From assembly GCA_040954595.2 (NCBI GenBank), contig JBECUI020000030.1:62001-126000 (forward strand): a stretch of 64,000 nucleotides of DNA. Reading direction: 5' to 3'. Position 1 is the stretch's first letter. Each line of letters opens with the position of its first letter. Made by a program: the position numbers and the translations under genes. The DNA comes from Balanoglossus misakiensis (lineage: Eukaryota; Animalia; Hemichordata). Of the stretch, positions 60,933-64,000 are shown piece after piece. Under the pieces are notes generated by a model, which saw nothing but the letters and a program-made list of their open reading frames with translations, was not told the DNA's origin and did no database searches.

Positions 60933-61880
60933 ATGAGTTTGTCAGATAAAGTTTGTCTATATCAAAAAACGGGCATAAATGAAAAGAGCCTGCTAGATGA
61001 AATTTACGTAATTGTATACAAGTGTATACATAATTTATATGCATTGGATGACGATATAAAGGGTGATTTCTTTATGTTTTTTCTCCCGCGTATTCAGAAA
61101 TTAATACAGTCTTACAAAGATACTGGAAAATCATTTCATGCGTATCTTTGGGCACATATGAATTTTCAGTTACGTACGTTCATGAGAAAAACGAGCAAGA
61201 CGAATAGAGAACAACAAATACTGTTGAGTTCATCGGTGTATCAGAATACAGATCTTCCCATTGTGGCTGAAAATCCGCCGGAGATATATTCACAGGTAAA
61301 AATGGCCATGAAAGAAAATGATGCCAAAGCGCAGCATTTTTCCAAGAGCATAAAAAGGCGGCTATTATTCCTCATGCTGAAGAACCCCGAATTTATCCCT
61401 ATGCACAACCTTCGTAAGATCAGCAGCTTTTTAGACATATCCGAAAAAGATCTTGTTGAATATATCGATGAAGCAAAGTGTCGTCAGAACCAAAATCTTC
61501 GAAATAAAAAGTATGTGTACCTACAAGAACGGAGTCAGTATTATTTGTCTCAAATGCACTACTCTATGTTTATGGTACAAACTGGCGTTACCTATCAAGA
61601 ACGGGAAAAATACAAAAGATATGTTAATTTCTATACTGCCAACTTCTACCGGGTACGTGGTATGCTCAATAAACATTCTCGATCGCTGAGTCATCGTGAA
61701 GTGGGAGAAATACTAAATATACCCAAGGGAACTATAGATTCTGGATTATACTATCTGCGTGCCCAGCTTGAAAAGGATATGCAGCGCTCAAAGAAACGAA
61801 GAGAGAAAAACAAAAAATCATTTCCCGAGAAGAAAAATAACTCCAAACAAAGGTTTGAAGAAAAAGACAAAAAAGAATAA
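60933..61880 (+). CDS. Sigma-70-like (regions 2 and 4) DNA-binding protein with a Lys-rich tail
   Basis: Region-2-like DFF......I..Y....KSFHAYL; HTH SHREVGEILNIPKGTIDSGLYYLR; GGAGG RBS. Confidence 0.6.
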   Translation: MSLSDKVCLYQKTGINEKSLLDEIYVIVYKCIHNLYALDDDIKGDFFMFFLPRIQKLIQSYKDTGKSFHAYLWAHMNFQLRTFMRKTSKTNREQQILLSSSVYQNTDLPIVAENPPEIYSQVKMAMKENDAKAQHFSKSIKRRLLFLMLKNPEFIPMHNLRKISSFLDISEKDLVEYIDEAKCRQNQNLRNKKYVYLQERSQYYLSQMHYSMFMVQTGVTYQEREKYKRYVNFYTANFYRVRGMLNKHSRSLSHREVGEILNIPKGTIDSGLYYLRAQLEKDMQRSKKRREKNKKSFPEKKNNSKQRFEEKDKKE

Positions 61881-61889
61881 TATAAGGGA

Positions 61890-62489
61890 ATGAAGGTGCT
61901 ATTTGCTAGTTTTAATGAACATAAAACAAAAGAAATGCAGTATTTATTAGCAGGGCATACAATAATTTGCCCTGCTGATCTTAATTTAGAGTATCAAAAA
62001 GAAGAGACGGGAAACAGTTTTGAAGAGAATGCACTCCAAAAAGCAAAATACATGTCCGTATTAATACAAGAAAGCAAACACGAGTTTGCTAATATGCCTA
62101 TTCTTGCTGAAGACTCCGGCCTCTGTGTTCTTGCTCTGGACGGTCGTCCGGGCATTTATTCCGCCCGATTCGGTCGTGAACAAGGGATCAACACGGATTC
62201 GGAACGGGTACAGTTCTTATTAGAACAAATGCAAGGGAAAAAAGACCGACAGGCATTTTATGTCTGTGCACTAGTTTGCCTCCATGATGCAGAACGATTT
62301 ACAATTATTCGTGAAACATGGCATGGTGAAATTTCAGATCGCGCTATTTCCGGGACTACCGGGTTTGGATATGACCCGGTGTTTTACTTGCCGGATCTAA
62401 ATAAAACTGTCTCCTGCATTCCTGAAGCCGAAAAACATCGTAGATCGCACAGAGCACAAGCAACAAGAACCCTATTGCGTATTATCTAA
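61890..62489 (+). CDS. rdgB: Non-canonical purine NTP pyrophosphatase (RdgB/HAM1)
   Basis: S.N.HK, ENALQKA, EDSGL, PGIYSAR, GFGYDPVF, SHR. Confidence 0.93.
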   Translation: MKVLFASFNEHKTKEMQYLLAGHTIICPADLNLEYQKEETGNSFEENALQKAKYMSVLIQESKHEFANMPILAEDSGLCVLALDGRPGIYSARFGREQGINTDSERVQFLLEQMQGKKDRQAFYVCALVCLHDAERFTIIRETWHGEISDRAISGTTGFGYDPVFYLPDLNKTVSCIPEAEKHRRSHRAQATRTLLRII

Positions 62490-62540
62490 ATCAAGGAAGA
62501 TAGCAATAAAAGATGGATGGGACCGGTCTGACTTAATAGT

Positions 62541-63659
62541 ATGAGTAAAATAACTGTTCTTCAAACCTATAAGGCTTACGTCCCGGAAACAGGCGGAGTT
62601 ATCTCGGTAATGAAAGATTTAGCTCAAGGGCTTCCCTTTGATTATACAATCCTCGCTACCAGGCAGAAAAATATGCATGCCAAGGAAATAATAGAGAATG
62701 TCAAAGTCCTTCGTTCTCGCTCTTTCGCTACTGTCCTTTCGCTGCCTATCGCTCCGACACTTCTCCCACAATTCTGGAAATTAGCTCGAAAGACAGATAT
62801 TGTTGCATATCATTACCCGACTCCATGGTTTGATATTGCTATTGCACTCTATCTTCCCCGACGCACAAAACTTATTATACATTGGCATGCCGAAATTACT
62901 GCAAAAAAACAAACCCCCTTTCTCGCCCTTCTTAAACCCTTTATTAAAAAAACACTCAAACGAGCAGATGCAGTTATCGTATCAAATCCTAATATGATTA
63001 CCCATTCTCCCTTTCTTCGCCCCTTCCAACATAAATGCCATGTTATTCCCTTTGGTATCGATACACATCAATGGATAAATGACATCGATCCCCAAAGCAT
63101 TCAAGACATAAAGAACAGGTACGGAAACTTTTTTCTTTCCTGCGGACGACTTGTTCCTTACAAAGGATACGATATTCTTCTGCATGCTATACAAGACACC
63201 CCCCTGCAAGTGCTTATTGCCGGATTTGGTCCATTAGAAGAAGAGCTGCGTCAATTAGCAGAATCTCTTGCAGTAACAAAACAGGTTGTATTCACAGGAA
63301 AAGTTACGAGTACAGAGCTAAAATCTCTGCACATTGCTTCACAGGGATTTGTCTTTTCTTCAGTATCCGAAAATGAAGCCTTTGGACTTGCACAACTGGA
63401 AGCAATGTCACTGGGTAAAGCAATAATTAATACCAATCTCCGTTCGGGAGTACCCTGGGTTGCCCGTAATGGGAAAGAGGCAATTACAGTCGCTCCTAAG
63501 GATCCGCTAGGTCTGAGGAATGCAATGTTACGATTGCATGCCGACCCTGCCCTTGCGAAAAAACTTGGTGATGCGGGCAAAAAACGTTGCCAGCAAGTAT
63601 TTAATCAAGAAAAATTTATTACTAATATGAAAAAAATATATGAATCATTGTTGCAATGA
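62541..63659 (+). CDS. Glycosyltransferase family 4
   Basis: GRLVPYKG, EAFGLAQLEAM..GK. Confidence 0.9.
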   Translation: MSKITVLQTYKAYVPETGGVISVMKDLAQGLPFDYTILATRQKNMHAKEIIENVKVLRSRSFATVLSLPIAPTLLPQFWKLARKTDIVAYHYPTPWFDIAIALYLPRRTKLIIHWHAEITAKKQTPFLALLKPFIKKTLKRADAVIVSNPNMITHSPFLRPFQHKCHVIPFGIDTHQWINDIDPQSIQDIKNRYGNFFLSCGRLVPYKGYDILLHAIQDTPLQVLIAGFGPLEEELRQLAESLAVTKQVVFTGKVTSTELKSLHIASQGFVFSSVSENEAFGLAQLEAMSLGKAIINTNLRSGVPWVARNGKEAITVAPKDPLGLRNAMLRLHADPALAKKLGDAGKKRCQQVFNQEKFITNMKKIYESLLQ

Positions 63660-64000
63660 AATAATATTCATCATTTTTTCAAAACGACCTTCCCATGTAT
63701 ATTCACGAATTGCTTCTAGTGGAACTTGTCGTTTATCCCTTGCTAACTTGAGAGTGCTCCGGATCTGTTCAAAGAAATTCTGTGCATTCGTTGCGCAGGA
63801 AAATAAATGATGCAATTCACCGAGTGCCGGTAGTTTCGTAGCAACAACCGGCAAGCCTGCTGCCAAGTACTCAAAAAATTTCATGGGGAACATGGCACGG
63901 GTATAATCGTTTATTTGAGACGGCAAAACTGCAACATCCATATAGGCAAGATAGGCTGGTAAGTCTTGATATCGACGATAGCCAAGGCAATGTACATTCG
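63645..64000 (-). CDS. Glycosyltransferase (GT-B), 3' part only
   Basis: PMKFFEYLAAGLPVVAT, YTW; the gene runs off the window. Confidence 0.8.
   Translation of the reverse strand, partial: NVHCLGYRRYQDLPAYLAYMDVAVLPSQINDYTRAMFPMKFFEYLAAGLPVVATKLPALGELHHLFSCATNAQNFFEQIRSTLKLARDKRQVPLEAIREYTWEGRFEKMMNIISLQQ

Overview
64 kb of bacterial chromosome, very probably a spirochaete (Spirochaetota). Supporting signs are tRNA-Arg(TCG), a BMP protein with an 'FAGG'-type signal peptide, several proteins resembling conserved Treponema-type hypotheticals, and a tRNA cluster ahead of tig-clpP-clpX. The AT-richer left end (~1-13.8 kb) is accessory. It holds a DUF3726-type fusion gene, a TRAP transporter converging on a five-enzyme catabolic operon of unknown substrate, a fungal/plant-type ATP-PEPCK, and a decayed Tsp45I-like restriction-modification pair missed by the ORF track. 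The chemistry of the five-enzyme operon fits an O2-independent ring-cleavage route for a cyclitol carboxylate such as quinate; this is a hypothesis. The rest is mostly housekeeping and transport: metE, recQ, nth, cysM, a Zn/Mn ABC transporter, dacA, sufS/sufU, gpmA, a DtxR-family regulator, a nucleoside ABC transporter with a 5'-nucleotidase, rlmD, guaC, pntAB, rpmG/rpmB, aspartokinase/thrC, 7 tRNAs, tig/clpP/clpX, nrnA, rdgB and glycosyltransferases. Two purine (guanine-type) riboswitches sharing an inverted C46-G53 core pair precede the nucleoside ABC operon and the 5'-nucleotidase. A dense patch of single-base indels at 52.2-54.8 kb looks like sequencing error. No CRISPR array, integrase or transposase was seen. 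All family calls come from motif recognition by eye, not database searches.
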